DNA of 64,000 bases from Nitrosomonas oligotropha (GCA_008015635.1 SSFX01000036.1:6603-70602); one strand, 5' to 3'; positions 51,529-62,025 are shown, counted from the first letter of the stretch. Numbers and translations are program-made. Notes: generated from the sequence alone by a model not told the origin.

Positions 51529-52545
51529 ATGATGATTGAACGGCGTAATTTTTATCGAATTCTACATGTTCAGCCCGATGCGCCGATGGCGGTGATAACA
51601 GAGAGCTATCGGGTGTTGATGCAAAAGCTGAACATTCGTGCTGATCTGAATAATCCAGATTGGAATGCCAGCTTACTCAATATTGCTTATAACACTTTGC
51701 GAGATCCTGTTAAGCGAGCCGCCTATGATCGTGAGTTGCTGAAGCGCTATCATATTAGAGTCCTGAGCCAGGGTGCACTGGGTTCTAAAACGGAGGCTGA
51801 AGTAGAAAGTGCAAGAAGTGAACAACCATCCGGATTGAATCAACGCAATTATTACCGGATACTGCAAATCCAGCCCGATGCGCCGATTGCCACAATTAAG
51901 GCTAGTTATCAGGCGCTAAAAAAGAGTACTGCCGGAGACACTGCGTTACTTGATGAAGCCTATCGAGTTTTATCCGATCCCAGGATGCGTCAGCAATATG
52001 ATGATATATTCGCGGGAGGATTGTTTCGTGCGGCGAGAAAAACCACGCGACAAAATAGTAATTTACCTGGATTGACGGTTCGTGAAAACAATGCAACGCA
52101 ATTTGCTATCGAGCAGTATCGGCCAGTTATCACGCGTTACTGCTCGTTTTGTAAAACCCCCAATGTGCCGCAACCTGGTGTGTATCAAAGTGAAAATTGT
52201 CTCGAATGCGGCAGTCCATTGCTTTTATTACATCATGAGAATCTGGAATCATCGCAGCGCGCCATGCGGCGGGTCAACATCAGTGGAAAGTTTGAGTTTT
52301 ATTTATTCTGGCCGGGGCAGCCATGCCTGGGTACATGCCAGGATCTTTCACCGATGGGAATACGCTTTATGACGACTGAGATACTCGATTCCAACGACGT
52401 CATTAAAATTGATGCACCCAGTTTTCAGGCAGTGGCTGAAGTGACGCATAAGCGTTATGAGAAAAAAGGGCTTTCAGTTGGAACTCGTTTTATTGCCATC
52501 AAATTTGATCAACGCTATGGGAATTTCGTCACGGTGCAGGTATAA
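51529..52545 (+). CDS. Tandem J-like domains + Zn ribbon + PilZ protein
   Basis: Two (F/Y)YRIL.(V/I)QPDA...AY..L.DP..R..YD repeats, CSFC/CLEC, PilZ RAMRR and DLSPMG. Confidence 0.8.
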   Translation: MMIERRNFYRILHVQPDAPMAVITESYRVLMQKLNIRADLNNPDWNASLLNIAYNTLRDPVKRAAYDRELLKRYHIRVLSQGALGSKTEAEVESARSEQPSGLNQRNYYRILQIQPDAPIATIKASYQALKKSTAGDTALLDEAYRVLSDPRMRQQYDDIFAGGLFRAARKTTRQNSNLPGLTVRENNATQFAIEQYRPVITRYCSFCKTPNVPQPGVYQSENCLECGSPLLLLHHENLESSQRAMRRVNISGKFEFYLFWPGQPCLGTCQDLSPMGIRFMTTEILDSNDVIKIDAPSFQAVAEVTHKRYEKKGLSVGTRFIAIKFDQRYGNFVTVQV

Positions 52546-52590
52546 ACCGATGATAAAGCAGCCGGGTTTAATCACTCATAGTAGGTCACA

Positions 52591-53451
52591 TCAAATCAAG
52601 TTGACCGGTATCTTAAAGTAGGCAACGCCATTTGTCTCGACCGGTGGCAATTTCCCCGCTCTGATATTCACCTGTATCGAAGGCAGCAATAAATTCGGCA
52701 TCTCCAAGGTTGCGTCACGCCGGTTGCGCATGCTGACAAAAGTGTCTTCATCAATCCCGTCATGAACATGAATGTTGTGCGCGCGTTGCTGTGCCACAGT
52801 GCTTTCCCATACCGCCGTGCGCGTAGCAGGAGGGTAATCATGACACATAAACAGCCGAGTTGTTGATGGCAGTGCCAGTATTTCCCGGATGGAATGAAAG
52901 AGCTGATGCGCATCGCCTCCCGGGAAATCCGCACGTGCCGTACCGATGTCCGGCATGAAGAGCGTATCGCCCACAAACACGGCATCATCGAACTGATATG
53001 CCAAATCAGCGGGCGTGTGGCCGGATACAGAGATGGCTTTGCCCGTTAAATTCCCAACGGAGAATAACTCGCCATCTGCGAACAGGTGATCGAAATCATG
53101 ACCGTCAGGGACAAACTCATCGCCAAGATTGAAAATTTTTTTGAATGTCTTCTGTACGGCGGGAATATGATCGCCAATACCGGTTTTTCCACCCACTTGA
53201 TGTTTGAGAAAATCGGCGGATGATAAATGGTCTGCATGCGCATGAGTCTCCAGTATCCACTCAACCGATAATCGCCGCTCACGGATGAATGCAATCAACT
53301 TGTCAGCAGAATGCGTACTGGTTCTACCCGATTTAGGATCGTAATCCAGAACTGGATCAATAATGGCGCAACTTCCACCCGATTCATCAAAAACTACATA
53401 ACTGACGGTCCAGGTTGACGGATCGTAGAATGCTTGAATAGTAGGCTTCAT
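52591..53451 (-). CDS. Persulfide dioxygenase (MBL fold, ETHE1/Blh type)
   Basis: IIDPVLDY, LETHAHADH, GHTPA, GDTLFMPD, CHDY. Confidence 0.92.
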   Translation of the reverse strand: MKPTIQAFYDPSTWTVSYVVFDESGGSCAIIDPVLDYDPKSGRTSTHSADKLIAFIRERRLSVEWILETHAHADHLSSADFLKHQVGGKTGIGDHIPAVQKTFKKIFNLGDEFVPDGHDFDHLFADGELFSVGNLTGKAISVSGHTPADLAYQFDDAVFVGDTLFMPDIGTARADFPGGDAHQLFHSIREILALPSTTRLFMCHDYPPATRTAVWESTVAQQRAHNIHVHDGIDEDTFVSMRNRRDATLEMPNLLLPSIQVNIRAGKLPPVETNGVAYFKIPVNLI

Positions 53452-53514
53452 TGCGTTCTCCTGTTATATTATTAGGAAAAATCTTGCATATTATATTGCA
53501 TTTATCTATAATTA

Positions 53515-53533
53515 TACAATATTACATATTGTA
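53515..53533. promoter_or_regulatory. AT-rich palindrome, candidate BigR operator between divergent genes
   Basis: TACAATAT-TAC-ATATTGTA. Confidence 0.5.
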
Positions 53534-53582
53534 ATTAATTTATACATTGTGATCGAAATGCAATAGAAGGAGGAAATCAACC

Positions 53583-54011
53583 ATGTCTATCACTTCTGAT
53601 TTAATACCATGGCACGCGCTGACCGGTGGTTTTGTCATAGGAATTGCTGTGACCTTGCTACTATTTTTTGAAGGCCGCATTGCAGGCATATCGGGAATCG
53701 TGGGTGGATTATACCGGTTAAAAAAAGGCGACATCAGCTGGCGTGTTGCGTTTATTTCTGGACTTATAGTGTCGGCGGTCATCTGGAGACTTTTTTTTGA
53801 CATGCCGCCAATACAAATAGAAACCAACCATATGATGCTCGCGCTTGCTGGTCTATTGGTGGGCTATGGTACCCGTCTGGGTTCGGGGTGTACCAGTGGT
53901 CATGGAGTGTGCGGTTTATCGCGCCGGTCGCCGCGCTCCATTGCGGCGACGGTGGTATTCATGCTGACTGGTTTCGCAGCGGTTTATTTGTTGCGGCATG
54001 TTTTAGTTTAG
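53583..54011 (+). CDS. YeeE/YedE family sulfur-compound transporter subunit
   Basis: GRIAGISG, GTRLGSGCTSGHGVCG. Confidence 0.92.
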   Translation: MSITSDLIPWHALTGGFVIGIAVTLLLFFEGRIAGISGIVGGLYRLKKGDISWRVAFISGLIVSAVIWRLFFDMPPIQIETNHMMLALAGLLVGYGTRLGSGCTSGHGVCGLSRRSPRSIAATVVFMLTGFAAVYLLRHVLV

Positions 54012-54041
54012 CCTGGATAAATTGATTATCGGAGAATCAAA

Positions 54042-54455
54042 ATGGTTAGTTTTATCGCGTTAATCGCTGGGATTATTTTCGGTTTCGGAATCATCGGCTC
54101 AGGCATGGTTAACCCGGCACTGGTTTTGGCATTTCTTGATGTGACAGGGGATTGGGATGCTACGTTGCTATGGGTGATGGGCGGTGCAGTGACTGTTGGT
54201 ACTATCGCTTTTATGCTGGCAAGAAAGCGCGAGCGATCCTATCTTGGCTTACCGATGCAGATACCTGGCATGGCTAAAATAGATAGCCGCTTGCTTTTAG
54301 GGAGTCTTTTGTTTGGAATTGGCTGGGGCATTGCAGGCATTTGTCCCGGACCGGCCTTGGTATTAGCGGGAACGGACAACAGTGACGCGCTGGTATTTTT
54401 GGTTGCGATGCTACTGGGGATGGGGATCTACCAAATAATGCAAGATCGTGGCTGA
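54042..54455 (+). CDS. YeeE/YedE family sulfur-compound transporter subunit
   Basis: SGMVNP..VLAFLD..G.WD, FGIGWGIAGICPGP. Confidence 0.92.
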   Translation: MVSFIALIAGIIFGFGIIGSGMVNPALVLAFLDVTGDWDATLLWVMGGAVTVGTIAFMLARKRERSYLGLPMQIPGMAKIDSRLLLGSLLFGIGWGIAGICPGPALVLAGTDNSDALVFLVAMLLGMGIYQIMQDRG

Positions 54456-54545
54456 TTTGATGTAAATGAATTAGAATCTTAAATGTCAGATAAATATTAT
54501 TTTATTATCCTAGTCTTATTAATATAAGTTAACGTAAAGAATTAA

Positions 54546-54878
54546 ATGATCATGAAAACAGATTCAGCCTTAAACAATATCGCAGCACTGCATTCATCTG
54601 CATCGGAGGCTTGCGCTTTACTGAAAATATTGGCTAACGAAGACCGGCTGCTCATTTTATGCGAATTGACCAAAGGAACCCGGAATGTGGGCGAACTGGA
54701 AGAATTGCTGGGTATTCATCAACCTACACTGTCGCAACAATTGACGGTGTTGCGCGAAGAGAATTTGGTTGCGACGGAGCGTCGAGGAAAATACATTTAT
54801 TACAGTTTGGCAAGCCAGGAGGCCGTCAAAATCATGGAAACTTTATTTAGTTTGTATTGTAAAAATCACTCCGATTGA
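54546..54878 (+). CDS. ArsR-family persulfide-sensing repressor, BigR/SqrR-like
   Basis: LLKILANEDRLLILCEL, QPTLSQQL, C-terminal LYC (the two Cys typical of BigR). Confidence 0.88.
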   Translation: MIMKTDSALNNIAALHSSASEACALLKILANEDRLLILCELTKGTRNVGELEELLGIHQPTLSQQLTVLREENLVATERRGKYIYYSLASQEAVKIMETLFSLYCKNHSD

Positions 54879-55143
54879 AAGAAAGGCGCGGTCATACTGA
54901 TGTCGGCTTGACGGTATCGTTCTGGCGGCAGATCTTCGCGAACCGGTGTGGTAATTGCCGTGGATTATCTTATTTTGTCGGCATGTTACAAGAAACATGT
55001 TTGGTGATCTGTAGGTTGCCAATAGCAAAACAGGAGCTACAACAGAACAGAACCTGCTGTAGTTCCTGCGAGTGTTTCATTCATGAATGCTTTTAAGTTG
55101 CGCTGAGCCGCTTGACAGGTAAAGCCAAAGCCAAAGCCAAAGC

Positions 55144-55659
55144 TCAGTTCAACATGATTTCACGCAGTTTTTCTTCCAGTGGAGGACGCAAGCCCGATTT
55201 GCGGGCCTCCTCGATCGCTACTTCAGGATCGATGCCTTTGGTGATGCGATAGCTGGCCCACATAGCGCTTGCCCGGTTACCCGATCCGCAATGAATGAGT
55301 ACCGGTGTTTGCGCCGATTCGAACACTTTGGCGAATTGCGCCACTTGTTCCTTAGTGATGCCGGCCACTGTCGTTGGAATGTTGACATAGGCGATGCCAA
55401 CCGAGTCGACCAATCCTTTTTCTTCGGCAGTTCCTTCGTTCTTGGTACGTAAATCAATAACCGTTTTGAAACCGGTAGCTGATAGCGCTTGCACGCCGCC
55501 ATCGCTGATCATTCCTGATATGGCGACTTGTTCCGTAGCGCGGCTGTAATTTTGTACGGGAATTACCTGATGCGCGAACGGCACCCGGCCTCCCGAAGCT
55601 TGTACAAGGCCGGTAAACAACATACCCGCCAGCGTCATCAGAATGATAGAGTATTTCAT
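55144..55659 (-). CDS. Exported DUF442/TIGR01244-type (PTP-fold) sulfurtransferase-like protein
   Basis: Signal peptide MKYSII...VQA; GFKTVIDLR, PVLIHCGSGNRA. Confidence 0.82.
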   Translation of the reverse strand: MKYSIILMTLAGMLFTGLVQASGGRVPFAHQVIPVQNYSRATEQVAISGMISDGGVQALSATGFKTVIDLRTKNEGTAEEKGLVDSVGIAYVNIPTTVAGITKEQVAQFAKVFESAQTPVLIHCGSGNRASAMWASYRITKGIDPEVAIEEARKSGLRPPLEEKLREIMLN

Positions 55660-55806
55660 AGAAAGCCCCATTTGCTGTGTTAAGTGAAAAAAGATTGTTT
55701 TCATTGTAGCCGGACTGAATAATGAAATACAAATTATTCCTGCCGGTTCCGGTCTATTGAATGGATGCAATGCAATCGGACAAATTTCTTCAAAGGTAAA
55801 ACACTC

Positions 55807-58521
55807 ATGCCGCATCAATACTCATCGGAAGACGGCGGAACACCCGCATGGCATACCTATCCACCGCAGCAGGCGCTGGATGCGCTGAATACCGGGAGCG
55901 ACGGACTATCGCAAATGGAAGCGCAGCGGCGACTTGAGTGCTATGGCGCAAACCGTTTGAAGCCTCCGCAGGCGAAGAGTGCCATGATGCGGTTTCTATT
56001 GCAGTTTCATAATGTGCTGATTTATATCTTGCTGGTTGCATCAGTGTTGACTGCTGTTCTCGGGCATTGGGTGGATAGCGGTGTCATTCTTGGTGTGGTG
56101 GTCATTAATGCCATCATCGGTTTCGTGCAAGAAGGCAAAGCGGAAAAAGCGCTCAATGCAATCCGGCACATGCTGTCGCTTTCTGCGATTGTGATACGTG
56201 CGGGTCAACGGGAACAGATTCCGGCAGAGCAGCTGGTGCCCGGTGATATTGTCTTGCTGCAATCGGGCGATAAAGTGCCGGCCGATTTGCGCTTGCTCCA
56301 CTGTAAAAACCTGCGTATAGAGGAAGCCGCGTTGACCGGAGAATCACAAGCGGTGGAGAAATCTATCAGTGCGGTTGAGGCCGTGACAGCTATCGGAGAC
56401 CGGTTCTGCATGGCGTACTCCGGCACGCTGGTGGTTTATGGACAAGGAACGGGCATCGTGGTCGCCACCGGCCAGCAGACCGAGATCGGCCGCATTAGTC
56501 AGATGATCGCGCAAGTCGATAAGCTGACTTCCCCGCTCCTACGGCAAATGGCAATTTTTGCCCGCTGGCTGACACTGGTGGTTTTACTGCTGGCGGCCGG
56601 TATTTTTGTGTACGGATTGTTATGGCAAGACTATCCGCTCAGTGAAATTTTTATGGCGGCGGTCAGCATGGCGATCGCAGCCGTTCCGGAAGAGTTACCG
56701 GCCATCATGACAATCACGCTGGCATTGGGCGTGCAGAATATGGCGCGGCGCAGCGCCATTGTACGTAGACTTCCGGCGGTCGAAACGCTGGGTGCCGTGA
56801 CTGTCATTTGCACCGACAAGACCGGAACGTTGACGCGCAACGAGATGACCGTGCAACGATTGATCACTGCCGATGATCAATTGCAGGTCAGTGGCGCGGG
56901 TTATGTGCCAAAGGGTGGTTTTAGCCGGGATGGCGCGGAAATTTCCAGTGTTGACCATGCCGATCTGCGGGAACTGTGCCGCGCCGGGCTGTTGTGTAAT
57001 GACGCGCTGCTGCGGCAGGGCAATGATACTTGGGAAATTCAAGGCGATCCGACAGAAGGCGCGCTGATTACCTTGGCGATGAAGGCCGAGCTGGATCCAG
57101 TGCGGGAACATGAGCAGCTACCGCGCATTGACGTGATACCGTTTGAGCCGGAGCACCGTTTTATGGCGACATTGCATCATGATCACACCGGGCGCAGCCT
57201 GGTTTATGTCAAAGGCGCTCCGGAAAGGGTGCTGGTTATGTGCAATCACCAGCGCAGCCAAGGGAAAGACCGCCCGCTTCAGTCCGATTGCTGGCAGGCC
57301 AGAATACGCGAAGCAAGCGAGAACGGCCAGCGTATCCTCGCCATTGCCAGCCGTGTGATACCGGTAAAACAACACACATTGGCAATGTCCGATATGGAAA
57401 CCGGGTTCACTTTGCTCGGATTGGTTGGCATTATGGATCCGCCGCGAGAGGAAGCCATTGCCGCAGTACAACAATGTCATGCCGCGGGCATACGCGTCAA
57501 AATGATTACCGGCGATCACCGCATCACCGCCGCTGCGATTGGCGCAAGCCTGGGCATTGGGGATGGTCAACGGACCGTGACGGGAATTGAGCTGGATGAT
57601 ATGGACGATGCGCAATTGCGCCGGACGGTTACGGATGTGGATATTTTTGCCCGCGCCGATCCGGGGCACAAGCTGCGTCTGGTGAACGCTTTACAGAATA
57701 ACGGTGAAATTGTTGCCATGACCGGCGACGGCGTGAACGATGCACCAGCCCTAAAGCGCGCCGATATTGGTGTAGCCATGGGACAAAAAGGAACCGAAGT
57801 GGCTAAGGAAGCGGCTGAAATGGTGCTGACGGACGATAATTTTGCGTCAATTGCGCATGCTGTGGAAGAAGGTCGTACGGTCTACGATAACATCAGAAAA
57901 ACAATGGTGTATGTGCTACCGACCAATGGCGGTGAAGCTGGATTGGTACTGCTGGCGATCATGTTTGGAATGGCGTTGCCGGTTACACCGCTGCAAATTT
58001 TATGGATCAATATGGTCACGACGGTGACTTTGGCGATTTCTCTTTCGTTTGAACGGCCCGAAATGAGCGTGATGTCACGTCCGCCGCATGATCCGCATGC
58101 GCCGGTTTTGTCGGGTTTCCTGGTGTGGCGTATCGTTTTTGTCACGCTCTTGATGATTGGCGGCAGCTTTGCCTTGTATTTCTGGGAGCTGGCGCAAGGT
58201 TCGAGTGTTGAGCTTGGCCGCACCGTGGTGGTGAATGTGCTGGTGCTATGTGAAATCGTCTACTTATTCAATTGCCGCTATTTGATTGCTTCCGTGTGCT
58301 CGCGCCAGGGCATGCTGGGTAATCCCTATGTGGTGCTGGCGGCGGGTTCGTTACTGATATTGCAGTTGCTGCTTACTTATTTACCCGTTATGCAACAGCT
58401 ATTTGGCACCGTTGCACTGGATGCGGCGGCTTGGGGACGTATTGCCGCAGTGAGCTTGATATTGTTTGTAGTGATTGAATTTGAAAAATACTGGTTGCGG
58501 CGCAGGGGGATCAAGGATTGA
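55807..58521 (+). CDS. Cation-transporting P-type ATPase (P2 type)
   Basis: TGES, DKTGTLT, KGAPE, DPPR, MITGD, TGDGVNDAP; start ATG 55807. Confidence 0.95.
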   Translation: MPHQYSSEDGGTPAWHTYPPQQALDALNTGSDGLSQMEAQRRLECYGANRLKPPQAKSAMMRFLLQFHNVLIYILLVASVLTAVLGHWVDSGVILGVVVINAIIGFVQEGKAEKALNAIRHMLSLSAIVIRAGQREQIPAEQLVPGDIVLLQSGDKVPADLRLLHCKNLRIEEAALTGESQAVEKSISAVEAVTAIGDRFCMAYSGTLVVYGQGTGIVVATGQQTEIGRISQMIAQVDKLTSPLLRQMAIFARWLTLVVLLLAAGIFVYGLLWQDYPLSEIFMAAVSMAIAAVPEELPAIMTITLALGVQNMARRSAIVRRLPAVETLGAVTVICTDKTGTLTRNEMTVQRLITADDQLQVSGAGYVPKGGFSRDGAEISSVDHADLRELCRAGLLCNDALLRQGNDTWEIQGDPTEGALITLAMKAELDPVREHEQLPRIDVIPFEPEHRFMATLHHDHTGRSLVYVKGAPERVLVMCNHQRSQGKDRPLQSDCWQARIREASENGQRILAIASRVIPVKQHTLAMSDMETGFTLLGLVGIMDPPREEAIAAVQQCHAAGIRVKMITGDHRITAAAIGASLGIGDGQRTVTGIELDDMDDAQLRRTVTDVDIFARADPGHKLRLVNALQNNGEIVAMTGDGVNDAPALKRADIGVAMGQKGTEVAKEAAEMVLTDDNFASIAHAVEEGRTVYDNIRKTMVYVLPTNGGEAGLVLLAIMFGMALPVTPLQILWINMVTTVTLAISLSFERPEMSVMSRPPHDPHAPVLSGFLVWRIVFVTLLMIGGSFALYFWELAQGSSVELGRTVVVNVLVLCEIVYLFNCRYLIASVCSRQGMLGNPYVVLAAGSLLILQLLLTYLPVMQQLFGTVALDAAAWGRIAAVSLILFVVIEFEKYWLRRRGIKD

Positions 58522-58525
58522 TGAA

Positions 58526-58559
58526 GGGCCAATTTATCCAGTTCAGCATAAATTGGCCC
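58526..58559. terminator. Hairpin between convergent genes
   Basis: GGGCCAATTTAT-10 nt-ATAAATTGGCCC; no clear T-tract. Confidence 0.5.
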
Positions 58560-58597
58560 GTTTGCATCCCCCTACCGGCGGATGCAGTTTTACAATG

Positions 58598-60049
58598 TTA
58601 CAACGCTGCGAGGAAAGCCACGAGATCGGCTTTTTCTCTTTCAGTCAGACCGATACTGAAGCGGGTGTTGTAAAACTCAACCACGGATTGTAGATCCGGT
58701 GCAGAGCCATCGTGGAAGTAAGGTGGGCGTGAAGCAACCGAACGCAGGATCGGTCCTTTAAAGCGGCCAATATCCTTCCATTTGCCAGTCAGCAATGCAC
58801 GGCCTGGATCGGTCGTTTTGACGATTTCACCCGTCGTTTTGTTTTTCAGGGTGTACAGCGGCATATCCGGTGTGCGGCGTGATTCATCGGCGATACCGAT
58901 ATCCAGAGGCATCGGTGTGGAGTGATTGCCGGAATTCGGGGTGTTATGGCATGTTGTGCATGTGCCTGGCAGTACGCTAACAGCCAAATCATCATTAATG
59001 CCTTTTACCCCTTTGATCAAGATCGGTTTGCTGTTGAATAGCGCTTGTCCGCGTGCAATGGCAGCGCGTGCGCTTTTGGTGCCATGAGTGGATTTGGTTG
59101 TTTTAAAGCGATTCCAGCTGTCATAGAGTGACATCGCATTGGGATCAAAAGGTTCGCGTGTTTTGTAGTCACCCGCTAATGTATCGTTAATGCCAAAGTG
59201 ATACTTTTGCTTTTTCAGCGCTTTAGGTCCGCCGAGTGCATCTTCTTCGGTAAGGTCGCCGGCATCATTATCTTTGATTTGCGCAGTGAACAGTCCGGAT
59301 TCGAATGCCACGATCGCATCGCGCTCTTCTTCGGTCAGATCCCGCAGTGCTTCGGCATGGCCTCGTGTGGCGTGATTGGCTTGTGTGCCCAAGTCAAACG
59401 ATACCGGAGAGAAGCAAGTCGATGTGCCAAAAATACAATCACCGGAGCCTGGCTTCAGGGTTGTTTCGCGGCCATCCCACATGACGGTGCTGAGAAACTT
59501 CAGGTTGGTGGTTGGCATCGGGCGACGGAATAGAGACAATTCGGTTTCGCTGGCGAAGCCATAAGGATCATCGGCTTCGACCAATTCAAATTCCGCGCCG
59601 CTGGGAATACCGATTCCCACACGGATATTGGCTTTCTCCAGCAGCATGCTGTAAGCCGCGCGGCGTTTTGTAACCGTAGTTACATCCGCGAGGGGAGAGT
59701 TGGCGCCATCCACCAGACGGAAAAGCGGATCCAGACCTTTTGTTTTATTGAACAGTTTCTTTACTTCTTGCGGAGTGATTGTCCATCCTTGATTTGGTGC
59801 ATGGCAAGAAACGCAGCTGCGGCCATTGGTTCCGATACTTTTGAAAAATGGGTTATTAAGATCAATAAAACCTGCTGTGCTATAGGTCGCATCTTTCCCA
59901 TGGCTATTCTCTGCGCTAAACATATTAGGCAGGCGGTTTGAATGATGATCACGCTCGTCATCGTGATCATGGCTATCTTTGGCAAACGCGGGTGCTGCCA
60001 GCATAATAAATAATGCTGATATTGCTTGCAGCTTAATGTTGTTCTTCAC
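58598..60049 (-). CDS. Secreted di-heme cytochrome c, MauG/bCCP superfamily
   Basis: Signal peptide; CVSCH, VMWDGR, CTTCH, DPGRA, FKGPILR, PYFHDGS, VVEFY. Confidence 0.88.
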   Translation of the reverse strand: MKNNIKLQAISALFIMLAAPAFAKDSHDHDDERDHHSNRLPNMFSAENSHGKDATYSTAGFIDLNNPFFKSIGTNGRSCVSCHAPNQGWTITPQEVKKLFNKTKGLDPLFRLVDGANSPLADVTTVTKRRAAYSMLLEKANIRVGIGIPSGAEFELVEADDPYGFASETELSLFRRPMPTTNLKFLSTVMWDGRETTLKPGSGDCIFGTSTCFSPVSFDLGTQANHATRGHAEALRDLTEEERDAIVAFESGLFTAQIKDNDAGDLTEEDALGGPKALKKQKYHFGINDTLAGDYKTREPFDPNAMSLYDSWNRFKTTKSTHGTKSARAAIARGQALFNSKPILIKGVKGINDDLAVSVLPGTCTTCHNTPNSGNHSTPMPLDIGIADESRRTPDMPLYTLKNKTTGEIVKTTDPGRALLTGKWKDIGRFKGPILRSVASRPPYFHDGSAPDLQSVVEFYNTRFSIGLTEREKADLVAFLAAL

Positions 60050-60221
60050 TTACTTTCTCCTATTTGTGGATAAAAAAAGGCTAAATCTTTTTCGGAATTT
60101 AGCTCAACAAAGTTTTCTGCCAAGGGCTGAAAATGGGGCGTAGTCTAATTCAATAAATGAAGACCGGCTATAGTCTTGTTGAGCTAGTGGTTATAGTCTA
60201 AATAACCTAGAGTAAACTGGC

Positions 60222-60237
60222 TGTGAGAAAAGTCACA
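60222..60237. promoter_or_regulatory. CRP/FNR-family box upstream of di-heme gene
   Basis: TGTGA-GAAAAG-TCACA (perfect TGTGA-N6-TCACA). Confidence 0.65.
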
Positions 60238-60415
60238 TCCGCTGAATTAAGTTGAAATTACTTGCAGAAAAAGTTCCGAAGGGGAAGTAGGTTTGGCGGA
60301 GGGATAACTGCTGAATAGAAGACTACCAAACGCGGACTGGCAGTCTTCTTGTTGCTATAGTGCTGATTCTATTTAGAATCGATTTGATCGGTGAATCAAA
60401 TTAAAGCTTTTATTC

Positions 60416-61855
60416 TCATTCATTCTTATCGGATTTGTCCTGGTTACCGCTATGCTCACCGAAATGTTTCAACGATTTTTTCCACGCGCTTTGTCCTATG
60501 ATACGTCCAAATTTGCGCGCCACTAAATCGCCGTCAATGAAATGGATACCGCCGTAGCGTCTGGAAACACCTGCTTCATCAGCAGCATCAGAGAAAGTAG
60601 CCCAGTAGAGGACAATATCTTTAGCCGGGACGGTACCGGGTTCGACTCTTGATGATCCGGCCGGTATGACTACGCTATGTCCGAAGTTGTCGCTTTTAGT
60701 AAACAGCTTCAGCGTTTCCGCACCTGCGGCACTGAAGATGCTGTGTCCCGAGAAATATTCCGGAAATGGAGGCGTAACTACGCTGGCGGCTTGATAAGGT
60801 TTCCAATCGGCACCGTCGATTAACCCTTGCCATGAGGGAATATGTTGACCAGCGAAGAGAAAGTGTATGGCAGTAACGGGTCTGACATAGTCAAAATACC
60901 GTTTGATATCCCACGACACAATACTGGCGTCCAGAATAGCATTGGATAAAGCGAAAAACATTTTGATATCTTGATCGATATTGTGCGCGTCACGATCCGA
61001 TACGAATGTGGCAAACAATGTCCAATGTCCGGGTGGCAGTTCGGATAACGGACCATCCGCCCAGTACTCAGCGATGACTTTTTTCTCGTCGGTTAAATGA
61101 GCGCCGTAATCGACAACTTGTTGCGCTTGGATACGATAGCGCTCCGGCTCGGTTTTATAGTTGGCGGGTGCAGGAATATCTTTCCGGAATTGCGAGCCAG
61201 ATTTCAGCGCATAAGGTTTCACATTTCCCCAATGCGGCGCAATGTAAACCTGATCGTGCCCGCCGACCGATAATGGCTGCCAGTGATTCGGATCGTTAAT
61301 GGATGAAGACGTGTTGACCGGTGTATATCCGGTGTAATCACTGTAGGGCGCTCCGCCGCCATTCAGATCGCCTAATTGATTGGAGCCGTCATGATGGCGG
61401 AATTCAATGACCGCCGCCGCCGCAACATTGCCAACACCCGCTGGGGTGGAGGTATCGGTCGAATTATCCAAAGGATAACCTAATGCACTCATTACACTAT
61501 TGAAGCTGGTAACTTGTGTGGGAAACAGATCGGATAAGCATTTATGAGCAGCATAGCTCATCGCTTTTGCTTTATTCGCATGGGTATGTTCATTGACAGG
61601 GCGGCGCAGATGATCTTCTAGTTGCGTGCCTTTTGCTTTTTTGTCATAGGCTGCCCAAGCATCAAACATGCAAGTATGTGTGATTGCCAGCGATCTAGCC
61701 ACAATTGGCGGGCCTGGGTGTGTGGTGCGGATGGCTTCCAGCGCAGCGTTATTCCATTTTGTTACGATCGTTTCTGCAATTGTGAGCTGGCTGCAAAAAT
61801 ACATTGCGGTGCCCAAAGTTGCAAATGCGATTCTTCTGATATTTTGGTGTTTCAT
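60416..61855 (-). CDS. Secreted vanadium-dependent haloperoxidase (PAP2 superfamily)
   Basis: Signal peptide; WDIK...VRP, PPFPEYFSGHS, SRRYGGIHF. Confidence 0.9.
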   Translation of the reverse strand: MKHQNIRRIAFATLGTAMYFCSQLTIAETIVTKWNNAALEAIRTTHPGPPIVARSLAITHTCMFDAWAAYDKKAKGTQLEDHLRRPVNEHTHANKAKAMSYAAHKCLSDLFPTQVTSFNSVMSALGYPLDNSTDTSTPAGVGNVAAAAVIEFRHHDGSNQLGDLNGGGAPYSDYTGYTPVNTSSSINDPNHWQPLSVGGHDQVYIAPHWGNVKPYALKSGSQFRKDIPAPANYKTEPERYRIQAQQVVDYGAHLTDEKKVIAEYWADGPLSELPPGHWTLFATFVSDRDAHNIDQDIKMFFALSNAILDASIVSWDIKRYFDYVRPVTAIHFLFAGQHIPSWQGLIDGADWKPYQAASVVTPPFPEYFSGHSIFSAAGAETLKLFTKSDNFGHSVVIPAGSSRVEPGTVPAKDIVLYWATFSDAADEAGVSRRYGGIHFIDGDLVARKFGRIIGQSAWKKSLKHFGEHSGNQDKSDKNE

Positions 61856-62025
61856 TTATTTCCTCCTTCATTGTGGATAAAAGAACTAAATTTCTAACAT
61901 TTGACATCAATGTAATGCTCAGTGATTGCTAAAAATGGTATAAACCCTATTGGAATCAATGAGTATTGGTTTTTTTCATGTTGAATTAGCGGAAATAAAG
62001 TGTAGATAAGTTATCTACTATGAGA

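Noticed and set aside
55121-55143. AAAGCC tandem repeat (about 4 units)
   Set aside because: Short intergenic microsatellite with no spacers and no evident link to a coding frame or promoter; not CRISPR
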